From the NCBI GenBank assembly GCA_017464245.1, contig JAFUDV010000062.1, positions 2,546 through 66,545 on the forward strand: 64,000 nucleotides of DNA, in the 5' to 3' direction. Position 1 is the stretch's first letter; each line of letters starts with the position of its first letter. Of the stretch, positions 49,401-57,529 are shown piece after piece. Both the position numbers and the translations under genes were made by a program. Below the pieces are notes generated by a model. That model was not told where the DNA came from. It worked only from the letters and a program-made list of their open reading frames with translations, and made no database searches. Source of the stretch: Bacteroidales bacterium (GTDB lineage: Bacteria > Bacteroidota > Bacteroidia > Bacteroidales > UBA932).

Positions 49401-49492
49401 TCCGAGCCGTTCTGGTAGAACTGGGCGTGCGCAGCCCCGCCGGAAAGGATTCCGGCGGCGAGGAAGAGGAAAATGCGTTGCCTTGTCGTCAT
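46445..49492 (-). CDS. Large exported protein: HExxH peptidase-like N-domain, beta-propeller-like middle, probable C-terminal beta-barrel
   Basis: Signal peptide; TVHESRH...FLEGDAV; amphipathic strands ending GMVFSFDM. Confidence 0.65.
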   Translation of the reverse strand: MTTRQRIFLFLAAGILSGGAAHAQFYQNGSDPFGRWSTMGTEHYRIVYPAGMDSLARAYVLDLERWQPAVGTSAGMAPGSLQWGRMPVVLHPYHPYSNGSVAWAPKRMDLYTHPEPYGSLPQSWMTQLTVHESRHVAQMQLAYRRPFRWVNFLVGEMWPGAVSALFTPPAFLEGDAVVAETALTASGRGRSGDFLNYCHVAFDNGDWRDWYKWVYGSYKHAAPDYYTVGYMTVAGMRYFHGRPDFTAGYFDYVTRKPFPVTPLQGYVRSISGKSFKKTFRDIQEGFRDIWAEEAEARGPFMPMEQVTRNPAFATDYTDGSWIDGKYFCIKEGKTTSPRLIRLDPDGTERDLGPFSGSASSFYAGEDRIWWSETLPGMRWTLDGESVLRWMDLEGKKRHDLTAKGRMYNPQPGPDGVLAVVEYPVEGGSNLLIVSGKDGSVLRRIPAPEGVQLTESAWMGDDVCCLGVDDRGFGIWRLRDGGWTCVLEPSAQMMENLDGGDMLELVSDRNGVKELYRYDPETGRAWQLSNTRYGANDFSWSDNGELWFRSMTPQGTAIFKARAPEPVEVDIRNVHRDRVAETLSAQEQTLLAASGTRKAEAPAVSGPRRYVKPLHWMKFHSWAPLWFSYDLIESLSGDLSYDTASPGVIGLFQNELGTTWGTVGYSVHPDPDRAGEWRHGGHLQFTHSGLYPVLEASFDLYDKGGVQYSFQDRTYDDHTGYAILRRNLDQVVWSGKLSAYVPFRFHKDGIQRGLIPQVSWTITNNLFDTGTTYLKMVDDLVKNTDHAAYLGFEPGKAVLMQALRGSLRGYWMLPAADSQVYPRWGVGAETGAIVRPGLADIYSPSCYGYLYGYLPGLTRTQGCRLSAIGTQQLPSGAPFGENGVSVVPRGFTAADGTAIARKSARALRLTADYAIPIYAGDISWLSPVAYISHFLLVPHADWTTFGGARNGKGSATASSLVSVGADLTVELANFLWVPFPCSVGVSASWLGGPYFSTLATDGRKPYSIGMVFSFDM

Positions 49493-49587
49493 GTCTCTCA
49501 AAAATACGCAGGACGCGGTTACGTTCCTGTTACAAAACTAATAATTTTTGTTTAATTTTGTCCCAATTGTCAAAAACCTGAACCAGA

Positions 49588-51309
49588 ATGGACATTCTTC
49601 TCCAGATCCTGACCCTGCTGGGCGCCGTCACCCTGTTCCTGTTCGGCCTCAGCCTCCTGTCCGGCGGTCTCCAGAAAGTGGCCGGAGACGGTCTGCGGGC
49701 CTTCCTGGCCTCCATGACCTCCAACCCCTTCAAGCAGATCCTCACCGGTATCGGCGTCACCGCCGTCATCCAGTCTTCCACGGCGACGACCATCATGGTC
49801 GTGAGCTTCGTCAACGCCGGCCTCCTCGTCCTGGGGCAGGCGATCGGCGTGATCATGGGCGCGCACATCGGCACGACCATCACTTCGTGGATCATGGCGG
49901 TCTTCGGCTTCTCGTTCAACATGGCGGACTTCGCCTACCCGCTCATCCTGGTGGGCTACGTCCTCTTGCAGAACAAGAAGAACCAGAAGACGCGGGATAT
50001 CGGAAGCATCATCATCGGCTTCGCGCTGTTTTTCATCGGCTTCGCGCAGCTGCGGGCCACGGCGCAGGTGCTCATCACCCCCGAACGCCTGGGCTTCCTG
50101 ACCACCTGGACGCAGTGGGGCGTGGGCTCGATCTTTGTGTTCCTCCTGATCGGCATCATCCTCACCGTATGCTTCCAGAGCTCGGCGGCCACGATGGCCA
50201 TCATCATGATCCTCGTCACCACGGGCGTGATTCCGTTCAAGCTGGCGGCGGCGATGATCCTCGGCGAGAACATCGGCACCACCATCGCGGCGAACATCGC
50301 GGCCTCCGTGGGTAACGTAAACGCCAAGCGGACAGCGATTTCCCACACGATCATGAACACCTTCGGCGTGTGCTGGGTGCTGTGCATCTTCCCGCTGTTC
50401 CTGAAGCTCGTGGGCTCCGTCGTCACACTCTTCGGCCTGCCGGACCCGAACACGGCCGACCTCACGGACGTGGCCAATGCCGATGCCATCCAGACCTCCC
50501 TCCTGTACAGCGTGTGTACGATGCACACCCTGTTCAACGTGGTGAACACCCTCATCCTCGTGTGGTTCATCCCGTTCATCGCGAAGCTCTGCTGCATGAT
50601 CTTCCCGTCCCAGGAAGGCGAGAAGGAAGTCCACCTGCAGTACATCACCGGCGGTCCCCTGTCCACGGCCGAGCTTTCCCTGGACGCCGCCAAGCAGGAG
50701 ATCGTCCATTTCGGCGAGGTGGTCCTGAAGGGCTTCGGGCATGTGCGCGAGGCCATCGACGAGACGGATCCCGAGAAGTTCGAGGAGCGCATCCAGAAGC
50801 TCGTGAAATACGAGGAGATCACCGACAAGATCGAGTACGAGATCGCGGCCTTCCTGAACGAGGTGTCCAAGGGCGAGATTTCCAACATCTCCGCCACCCG
50901 CATCAAGGCGATGTACAAGATCATCGGCGAGATGGAGAGCCTCGGCGACTCCGGCGAGTCCATCGGCCGCATCCTCAAGCGCGCCCAGGCCCACGGCAAG
51001 AAGTTCGAGCCGGAGATGGTGAAGAAGCTGGGCCTGATGCTGGATACGGTGGAGCGAGCCTACACGGCCATGAACGAGAACCTCAAGGTCCCGTACCGCC
51101 AGCTCAAGGACATCTCCAACGCGCAGAACGCCGAGTACCAGATCAACGAGTGCCGGAACAACCTCCGCGAGGAGCACATCGTCAACCTCGAGAACTCCGA
51201 GTACAACTACCAGACGGGCGTGTACTACATCGACATCGTCGCGGAGCTCGAGAAGATGGGCGACTTCATCATCAATGTCTCCGAAGCCATCGTCAAGGAA
51301 AATGCGTAA
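49588..51309 (+). CDS. Na/Pi cotransporter family protein with PhoU-like C-terminus
   Basis: QSSTAT, MGAHIGTT, QSSAA, LGENIGTT, ELEKMGD. Confidence 0.92.
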   Translation: MDILLQILTLLGAVTLFLFGLSLLSGGLQKVAGDGLRAFLASMTSNPFKQILTGIGVTAVIQSSTATTIMVVSFVNAGLLVLGQAIGVIMGAHIGTTITSWIMAVFGFSFNMADFAYPLILVGYVLLQNKKNQKTRDIGSIIIGFALFFIGFAQLRATAQVLITPERLGFLTTWTQWGVGSIFVFLLIGIILTVCFQSSAATMAIIMILVTTGVIPFKLAAAMILGENIGTTIAANIAASVGNVNAKRTAISHTIMNTFGVCWVLCIFPLFLKLVGSVVTLFGLPDPNTADLTDVANADAIQTSLLYSVCTMHTLFNVVNTLILVWFIPFIAKLCCMIFPSQEGEKEVHLQYITGGPLSTAELSLDAAKQEIVHFGEVVLKGFGHVREAIDETDPEKFEERIQKLVKYEEITDKIEYEIAAFLNEVSKGEISNISATRIKAMYKIIGEMESLGDSGESIGRILKRAQAHGKKFEPEMVKKLGLMLDTVERAYTAMNENLKVPYRQLKDISNAQNAEYQINECRNNLREEHIVNLENSEYNYQTGVYYIDIVAELEKMGDFIINVSEAIVKENA

Positions 51310-52258
51310 ATACTTGATCCTGACAGCCGTTTCCCTCCTTTGCGCCTGCGGACCCCGGGGTGGGAAAAACGTTTCTCCGGCGCCGGCGCAGCGGGATTTC
51401 CCGCAGGTGGAGGTCCCGGCCATGTACACGGAAGGACAGGACCGCCTGGCCTGGATGGCCGGGCATTTCTGGGACCGGTTCACGGACACGTCGGCGGTGT
51501 ACGCCTGCGATTCCCTGACGGTCAACGGGGTCCCCGTCGTTTCCGTGGATTCCCAGATGGGCCTGTTCGCGACGCTGCTCGGGCAGCTGCCGCTTCCGGA
51601 AGGCGGCAAGGCGGTCGCCCGGCTGTATGACCGGGTGGAAGCCTTCGAGCGGAAGTATCCGGACTCCAACGTGTTCGAGGAGATCGGGCGTCTGACCCGC
51701 CACTACCTGTACGACCCCAATTCGCCCGTCCGGAACGAAGACCTGTACCTTTCCTTCGTCGAGCGGCTGGGGGCCTCCGACCTCATCGACAACGGCTACC
51801 GGATGGGATATGAGTGGGACGCCCGGATGTGCCGGCTCAACCGCGTGGGCACCCCGGCGACGGATTTCGCCTTTACGGACACCCGCGGCCGCATCCGTAC
51901 GCTGTATGGCGTGAAGGCCGACTATACGGTCCTGATCTTCGGGAACCCCGGCTGCAACGCCTGCCAGGAGATGATGGCCGCCATGTCCTCCACCCCTGAG
52001 ATCGCCGCCCTCGTCGACAGTGGCCGGATCCAGGTCGTGGACATCTACATCGACCAGGAAATCGACCAGTGGAAGGCCCACATCGACGAATACCCTGCCG
52101 CCTGGATCAACGGGTACGACCATGGTTATACCATCCGCACGGACCTCCTGTACAACGTCCGCGGTATCCCTTCCATCTACCTGCTGGACGCCTCCAAGAC
52201 CGTCCTCATGAAAGACGCCGTCCAGGAAAAGGTCCTGACGGCGCTCATGAATCTGTAA
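51302..52258 (+). CDS. Lipoprotein with DUF5106-like domain and thioredoxin fold
   Basis: Lipobox LCAC; HFWD, YLYDPNSP.RNE..Y, PGCNAC, IPSIYLLD. Confidence 0.82.
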   Translation: MRKYLILTAVSLLCACGPRGGKNVSPAPAQRDFPQVEVPAMYTEGQDRLAWMAGHFWDRFTDTSAVYACDSLTVNGVPVVSVDSQMGLFATLLGQLPLPEGGKAVARLYDRVEAFERKYPDSNVFEEIGRLTRHYLYDPNSPVRNEDLYLSFVERLGASDLIDNGYRMGYEWDARMCRLNRVGTPATDFAFTDTRGRIRTLYGVKADYTVLIFGNPGCNACQEMMAAMSSTPEIAALVDSGRIQVVDIYIDQEIDQWKAHIDEYPAAWINGYDHGYTIRTDLLYNVRGIPSIYLLDASKTVLMKDAVQEKVLTALMNL

Positions 52259-52275
52259 GGGGCCGGGAAACCGGC

Positions 52276-53637
52276 CTACAGCAGCAGGTTCGTCAGGAAC
52301 ACCGCCACGATGCCCACGGGGGCGACGAAACGGAGCAGGAACCAGACGGTTCCGAAGAGGCGCGTGTTCGCACGGAGCGTGCCGCTGTTGGTGAATTCGT
52401 CATAGACGTCGGCCCGGGACATTTTCCAACCCACGAAGAGCGTGAACAGCAGGCCGCCGGCCGGCAGGAGCCAGTCGGAGCAGAGCTTGTCCAGAAAGTC
52501 GAAGATGCTGTTGCCCAGGATTTTGACTTGTGCCAGCGGACCGAAGGACAGGCTGCACAGCACGCCTACCAGCCACGCGAATGCCGTGATGGCGAGGACG
52601 GCCGACCCGCGGCGCATCCCCTTCTCCTCCGTCAGATAGGCTACGCCCACCTCCATCATGGAAATGGCCGATGTCAGCGCCGCGACGAGGATGGTCACGA
52701 AGAAGATGATGGCGATGGCCGCGCTGAGCCAGGGAACGTCGGCGCCCATCTTGTGGAAGATGTAAGGGAGGGTGTCGAAGACGAGGCCCGGTCCGGCGCC
52801 GGGTTCGATGCCCGCGGCGAAGACGGCCGGCATCACCGCGAAGCCTGCGATGACGGCGAACAGGAGGTCGGACACGGCCGTCCCCACACCCGAGACGAGG
52901 ATGTTCTCGTCCTTCCGCATGTAGGAAGCGTAGGTCAGGATGGTGCCCACCCCCAGGGACAGCGAGAAGAAGGCCTGGCCCATGGCGGCGGCGACCGCGT
53001 GGGCATCGACCTTGGAGAAATCCGGCTTGAGCAGGTAGGAGACGCCCTCCCCGGCGCCCGGCAGGGTGACGGAATAGACGGCCAGGGCGACGATGAGCAC
53101 GAACAGGACCGGCATCGTCACCTTCGTGAACCCTTCGATGCCTTTCTTCACCCCGGCCAGGACGATGCCGGCGACCAGGAGCATGAAGATCGTATGGACG
53201 GCGACCGGGCCGCCTGCCGAAGAGATGAAGGAGGCGAAAAATCCCTGGATATCAGAGGCTTCCGCTTTCGTGAAGTCCAGGCACACCGCCTTGAACAGGT
53301 ATTCCACCGACCATCCGCCCACGACGCTGTAGTAGCTCAGGATGATGATGGGCGAGACGACCGTGAACAGCCCCAGCCATTTCCAGCGCGTTCCGGGCGC
53401 GAGTTTCTCCATCGCCCCGAAGGTCCCCTGCCGGCTGCGGCGGCCGATGACGGTCTCCGCAAAGAAGATGGGCAGGACCAGGATGAAGCTGGACAGCATG
53501 TACAGGATGATGAACGCCGCGCCGCCGTGCTCCCCCACCATGTAGGGGAAGCGCCAGATGTTGCCGAGGCCGACGGCGCTGCCGGCCATCGCCATGATCA
53601 CCGCAAAGCGGCTGCCGAAACTCTCACGGGGGGTCAT
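52276..53637 (-). CDS. Sodium-dependent transporter (NSS/SNF family), paralog 2
   Basis: GSAVGLGNIWRFPY, GQAFFSLSLG, GPGLVF; start at ATG 53637. Confidence 0.93.
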   Translation of the reverse strand: MTPRESFGSRFAVIMAMAGSAVGLGNIWRFPYMVGEHGGAAFIILYMLSSFILVLPIFFAETVIGRRSRQGTFGAMEKLAPGTRWKWLGLFTVVSPIIILSYYSVVGGWSVEYLFKAVCLDFTKAEASDIQGFFASFISSAGGPVAVHTIFMLLVAGIVLAGVKKGIEGFTKVTMPVLFVLIVALAVYSVTLPGAGEGVSYLLKPDFSKVDAHAVAAAMGQAFFSLSLGVGTILTYASYMRKDENILVSGVGTAVSDLLFAVIAGFAVMPAVFAAGIEPGAGPGLVFDTLPYIFHKMGADVPWLSAAIAIIFFVTILVAALTSAISMMEVGVAYLTEEKGMRRGSAVLAITAFAWLVGVLCSLSFGPLAQVKILGNSIFDFLDKLCSDWLLPAGGLLFTLFVGWKMSRADVYDEFTNSGTLRANTRLFGTVWFLLRFVAPVGIVAVFLTNLLL

Positions 53638-54992
53638 AACAGGTTGGAAATGAACAGGACCGCCACGCCAATGGGGGCGACGAAGCGGATCAGGAACCAG
53701 AAGAAATCGAACAGGCGGGCGTTCCAGACCTTGGTGCCGCCGTTGGTGAACTCGTCCCGGACATCGTCCCGGGACATCTTCCAGCCCACGAACAGGACCA
53801 CGAGGAGGCCGCCCAGGGTGAGGAGGACGTTGGAGGCGAAGGTGTCGGCGAAGTCGAACAGGCCCAGGCCGAAGATCCGGATGTCCGCCAACGGGCCGAA
53901 GGACAGACTGCACACGGCCCCCACCGCCCCGGTCAGGAAGAACAGCAGGACGCAGGCCCATCCCCGCTTCATGCCCCGCTCCTCCGTCAGATACGCGACA
54001 CCCACCTCGATCAGCGAGACGGACGAGGTCAGGGCGGCGAACAGGATGGTCAGGAAGAACAGGATGGCGGCGGCGGAACTGAGCCAGGGCATCTCCAGGC
54101 CCATCTGCGCGAAGATGTACGGCAGGGTGTCGAAGATGAGGCCCGGGCCGCTGGCCGGTTCGATGCCCGCCGCAAACACGGCCGGCATGATGGCCACACC
54201 GGCGAGGAGGGCGAACAGGAGGTCGGAGACCGCGGTCCCCAGGCCGGAAACCAGCAGGTTCTCTTTCTTGCTCACGTAGGAGGAATAGGTGATGATGATG
54301 CCCATGCCCAGCGACAGCGAATAGAAAGACTGCCCCACGGCATCCAGGCAGGTATGGATCGTAACTTTCGAAAATTCAGGCTTGAACATGTACGTAAGGC
54401 CCTTCTGCGCCCCCGGCAGGGACACCGAGTAGCCGGCGATCAGGACCACCAGCACGAACAGCACCGGCAGGCAGATCTTGCTGAACTTCTCGATGCCGGA
54501 CTTCACACCCAGCGCCACGATGGCCACCGTCACGGCCAGGAACGCCAGATGGAAGGCCAGCGGGGTCCAGGTCCGGGAGATGAACCGGCCGAAGGAGCCG
54601 CTCACCGCATCCGGGGTCTGATGGATGAAGTCCAGCCGGAGCGCCTGGACCAGGTATTCCAGCGACCAGCCGCCCACGACGCTGTAGTAGGACACGATCC
54701 ACAGGGGGGTGAACACCATCAGGAACCCCAGCCACTTCCATTGGGAGCCCGGCGACAGTTTGCGGATGGCACCCCGGCAGTTCGCCCCGCTCCGCCGCCC
54801 GATCACGGATTCGGCGAAAAAGATGGGCAGGGAAATCACCAGGGTGGCGACGACATAGATGATGACGAAGGCGGCACCCCCGTCCTGGCCCACCAGGTAA
54901 GGGAAGCGCCAGATGTTGCCCAGGCCGATCGCCGACCCGGCCAACGCCATGATGACGGCCATCCGGCCGCCGAAGTGTTCTCGGTTTTTCAT
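53634..54992 (-). CDS. Sodium-dependent transporter (NSS/SNF family), paralog 1
   Basis: GSAIGLGNIWRFPY, GQSFYSLSLG, GPGLIF. Confidence 0.93.
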   Translation of the reverse strand: MKNREHFGGRMAVIMALAGSAIGLGNIWRFPYLVGQDGGAAFVIIYVVATLVISLPIFFAESVIGRRSGANCRGAIRKLSPGSQWKWLGFLMVFTPLWIVSYYSVVGGWSLEYLVQALRLDFIHQTPDAVSGSFGRFISRTWTPLAFHLAFLAVTVAIVALGVKSGIEKFSKICLPVLFVLVVLIAGYSVSLPGAQKGLTYMFKPEFSKVTIHTCLDAVGQSFYSLSLGMGIIITYSSYVSKKENLLVSGLGTAVSDLLFALLAGVAIMPAVFAAGIEPASGPGLIFDTLPYIFAQMGLEMPWLSSAAAILFFLTILFAALTSSVSLIEVGVAYLTEERGMKRGWACVLLFFLTGAVGAVCSLSFGPLADIRIFGLGLFDFADTFASNVLLTLGGLLVVLFVGWKMSRDDVRDEFTNGGTKVWNARLFDFFWFLIRFVAPIGVAVLFISNLL

Positions 54993-55051
54993 TTGTCTCG
55001 TCCGTTCAGACAGGCCGGCCAGGGTTGGGGAGGGGCCGGGGTTCCTGCCTG

Positions 55052-55561
55052 TCAGTTGCGCTTATATACTACGAATTCGTAGGTGATGCCCGTTTCCGGG
55101 TCCGTCTGCAGGTCGCTGCGGGAATCGACGCGCCAGAGAGCGGGGTCGATTTCCGGGAAGAACGCATCGGCGTCCTCCGGGGTGTCGTGCACATGCGTAA
55201 TATACATCGTATCAACCACTTCCATCGCCTCAGCGTAGGTGTAGGCCCCGCCGATGACGAAGGCCTTGGGGGATTCCTTCGCTTCGCTCGGAATGGCGGC
55301 CGCGGCGAAGGCGGCGTCCAGGCTGTCCACGACGGTCACCTCGGCCGGGGCTTCCGGCCAGGGGAAGAGGGAGATGACGATATTGCGCCGCCTGGGGAGC
55401 GGGCGGCCGATGGACTGGAAGGTCATCCAGCCCATGATGACGGCGTTGCCGGTGGTCTGCTGCCGGAAATACTTCATGTCGCCCGGCAGGTTCCACAGCA
55501 GGGCGTTCTTGCGGCCGATGGCGTTGTTGTCGGCGATGGCGACGATCAGGCATTTTTCCAT
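55052..55561 (-). CDS. folA: Dihydrofolate reductase
   Basis: IVA...IG, W.LPGDMKYF, VIMG..TFQSIGRPLP.RRN, VIGG, DAFFP. Confidence 0.95.
   Translation of the reverse strand: MEKCLIVAIADNNAIGRKNALLWNLPGDMKYFRQQTTGNAVIMGWMTFQSIGRPLPRRRNIVISLFPWPEAPAEVTVVDSLDAAFAAAAIPSEAKESPKAFVIGGAYTYAEAMEVVDTMYITHVHDTPEDADAFFPEIDPALWRVDSRSDLQTDPETGITYEFVVYKRN
55272..55295 (-). repeat. Short palindromic repeat inside the folA CDS (encodes IPSEAKES)
   Basis: Minus strand CATTCCGAGCGAAGCGAAGGAATC. Confidence 0.75.
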
Positions 55562-55576
55562 AGGGCGGAGTCTGTG

Positions 55577-56371
55577 TTAAACGGCGACGGGCGCCTTGAT
55601 GGCCGGCCACGGATCGTAGCCTTCCAGGGTGAAATCCTCGTACTTGAAATCAAAGAGGGACCGGACCTCCGGGTTCAGCCGCATCCGCGGGAGCGGACGG
55701 GGTTCGCGGGAAAGCTGGGTGGCCACCTGCTCGAAGTGGTTCCGGTAGATGTGCGTGTCGCCCGTCGTGTGGACGAACTCGCCCGGCTGAAGACCGCACA
55801 CCTGCGCGATCATCATCGTCAGGAGGGCGTAGGACGCGATGTTGAAAGGAACGCCCAGGAACACGTCGGCGCTCCGCTGGTACAGCTGGCAGGACAGCTT
55901 CCCGTCCGCCACGTAGAACTGGAACAGGCAGTGGCAGGGAGGCAGGGCCATCTTGTCCACCTCCGCCGGGTTCCAGGCGGTCACCAGCATCCTCCGGGAG
56001 TCCGGATTCCGCTTAATCGTGTCGATGACCATCGAAAGTTGGTCGATGGCCCGTCCGTCCGGAGCGGGCCAGGAGCGCCACTGGTGGCCATAGACCGGGC
56101 CCAGGTTGCCGTCGGCATCGGCCCACTCGTCCCAGATGGTGACGCCGTGGTCCTGGAGATACTTCACGTTCGTATCGCCCGCGATGAACCAGAGGAGTTC
56201 GTAGATGATGGACTTCAGGTGCACCTTCTTGGTGGTCAGGAGGGGGAAGCCCTCCGACAGGTCGAACCGCATTTGGTAGCCGAACACGCTCTGCGTGCCG
56301 GTTCCGGTCCGGTCCTCCTTCATGACGCCGTGGGCGCGGATATGTCTCAGCAGGTCCAGGTATTGTTTCAT
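55577..56371 (-). CDS. thyA: Thymidylate synthase
   Basis: MKQYLDL, DRTGTGT, LGPVYG.QWR, MALPPCH, YQRSAD.FLGVPFN; start at ATG 56371. Confidence 0.97.
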   Translation of the reverse strand: MKQYLDLLRHIRAHGVMKEDRTGTGTQSVFGYQMRFDLSEGFPLLTTKKVHLKSIIYELLWFIAGDTNVKYLQDHGVTIWDEWADADGNLGPVYGHQWRSWPAPDGRAIDQLSMVIDTIKRNPDSRRMLVTAWNPAEVDKMALPPCHCLFQFYVADGKLSCQLYQRSADVFLGVPFNIASYALLTMMIAQVCGLQPGEFVHTTGDTHIYRNHFEQVATQLSREPRPLPRMRLNPEVRSLFDFKYEDFTLEGYDPWPAIKAPVAV

Positions 56372-56449
56372 ATGGTTGCAAATGTACGAATTATTCCCTA
56401 AAAAAGAGTATATTTGTCCGATAGGAACTGACACTAAACACGTACTGAT

Positions 56450-57496
56450 ATGGAAATCACGAAAGAATGTTGGGGACAGTCCCCTGACGGAAAGGAAATC
56501 TACCGCTATACCCTGAAGAACGCCTCCGGAGCCTATGTCCAGCTGGGCAGCGTGGGCGCGGCCATCGTCTCCGTCGTCGTCCCGGACAGGGAGGGGAAGC
56601 TGGACGACGTGGTCCTGGGTTATCCCAACGCCCTGGACTACTTCGCCGACGGTCCCTGCGCCGGCAAGGTGCCCGGCCGCTTTGCGAACCGCATCGCCAA
56701 GGGAAAGATCACGGTGGAAGGCGTGGAATACACCCTCCCCGTCAACAACGGCCCCAACCATCTGCATGGCGGCCCCGCCGGCTTCCAGAACCAGGTGTGG
56801 GACAGCCGCATCGAGGGTGACGCCGTGGAGTTCATGTATTTCTCCGAGGACGGTGAGGCCGGTTATCCGGGCAACGTGAAGGTCGTCGCCCACTATGAGT
56901 GGAGCGAGGAGAACGAGCTCAAGCTCATCCTCACGGCCGAAACCGACGCCCCCACCGTGGTGAACCTCACGAACCATGTCTATTTCAACCTGGACGGCGA
57001 AGGCTCCGGAACGGTCCTCGACCACAAGCTGGAACTGAATGCCTCCCAGTATCTTCCGACGGATCCCACCCAGATTCCCCTGGGCGAACCGGCCGACGTC
57101 GCCGGTACGCCGATGGACTTCGTGGAGGCCAAGCCCATCGGCCGGGACATCCATGCGGACTTCGAGGCCCTCAGGATCGGCAAGGGCTATGACCACTGCT
57201 GGCTCATCGACGGCGCCATGCCCGGACAGCTGTCCTCCGCTGCGGAGCTCTGGGGTGCGAAATCCGGCCGCAAGGTGGAGGTTTTCACCACCCAGCCCGC
57301 CGTGCAGGTCTATACCGGAAACTGGCTCAAGGGCTGCCCGAAGGGCAAGTCCGGCCGTGAATACGAGGATTACGACGCCGTCGCCATCGAGTGCCAGCAC
57401 ACGCCCGACGCACCCAACCAGCCGCAGTTCCCGACGACCCTCCTCCGCCCCGGCGAAGTGTACGAAGAGGCCATCATCTGGGCCTTTACGGCATAA
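56450..57496 (+). CDS. galM: Aldose 1-epimerase (galactose mutarotase)
   Basis: [33 protein letters not shown]. Confidence 0.94.
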   Translation: MEITKECWGQSPDGKEIYRYTLKNASGAYVQLGSVGAAIVSVVVPDREGKLDDVVLGYPNALDYFADGPCAGKVPGRFANRIAKGKITVEGVEYTLPVNNGPNHLHGGPAGFQNQVWDSRIEGDAVEFMYFSEDGEAGYPGNVKVVAHYEWSEENELKLILTAETDAPTVVNLTNHVYFNLDGEGSGTVLDHKLELNASQYLPTDPTQIPLGEPADVAGTPMDFVEAKPIGRDIHADFEALRIGKGYDHCWLIDGAMPGQLSSAAELWGAKSGRKVEVFTTQPAVQVYTGNWLKGCPKGKSGREYEDYDAVAIECQHTPDAPNQPQFPTTLLRPGEVYEEAIIWAFTA

Positions 57497-57529
57497 GGGA
57501 TACGCCCGGTCCGGCCGGGCAGGATGGAC

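Noticed and set aside
55577-57400. 607-aa ThyA fusion
   Set aside because: The extra N-terminal part is the antisense shadow of galM. ThyA starts at 56371, behind its own promoter.
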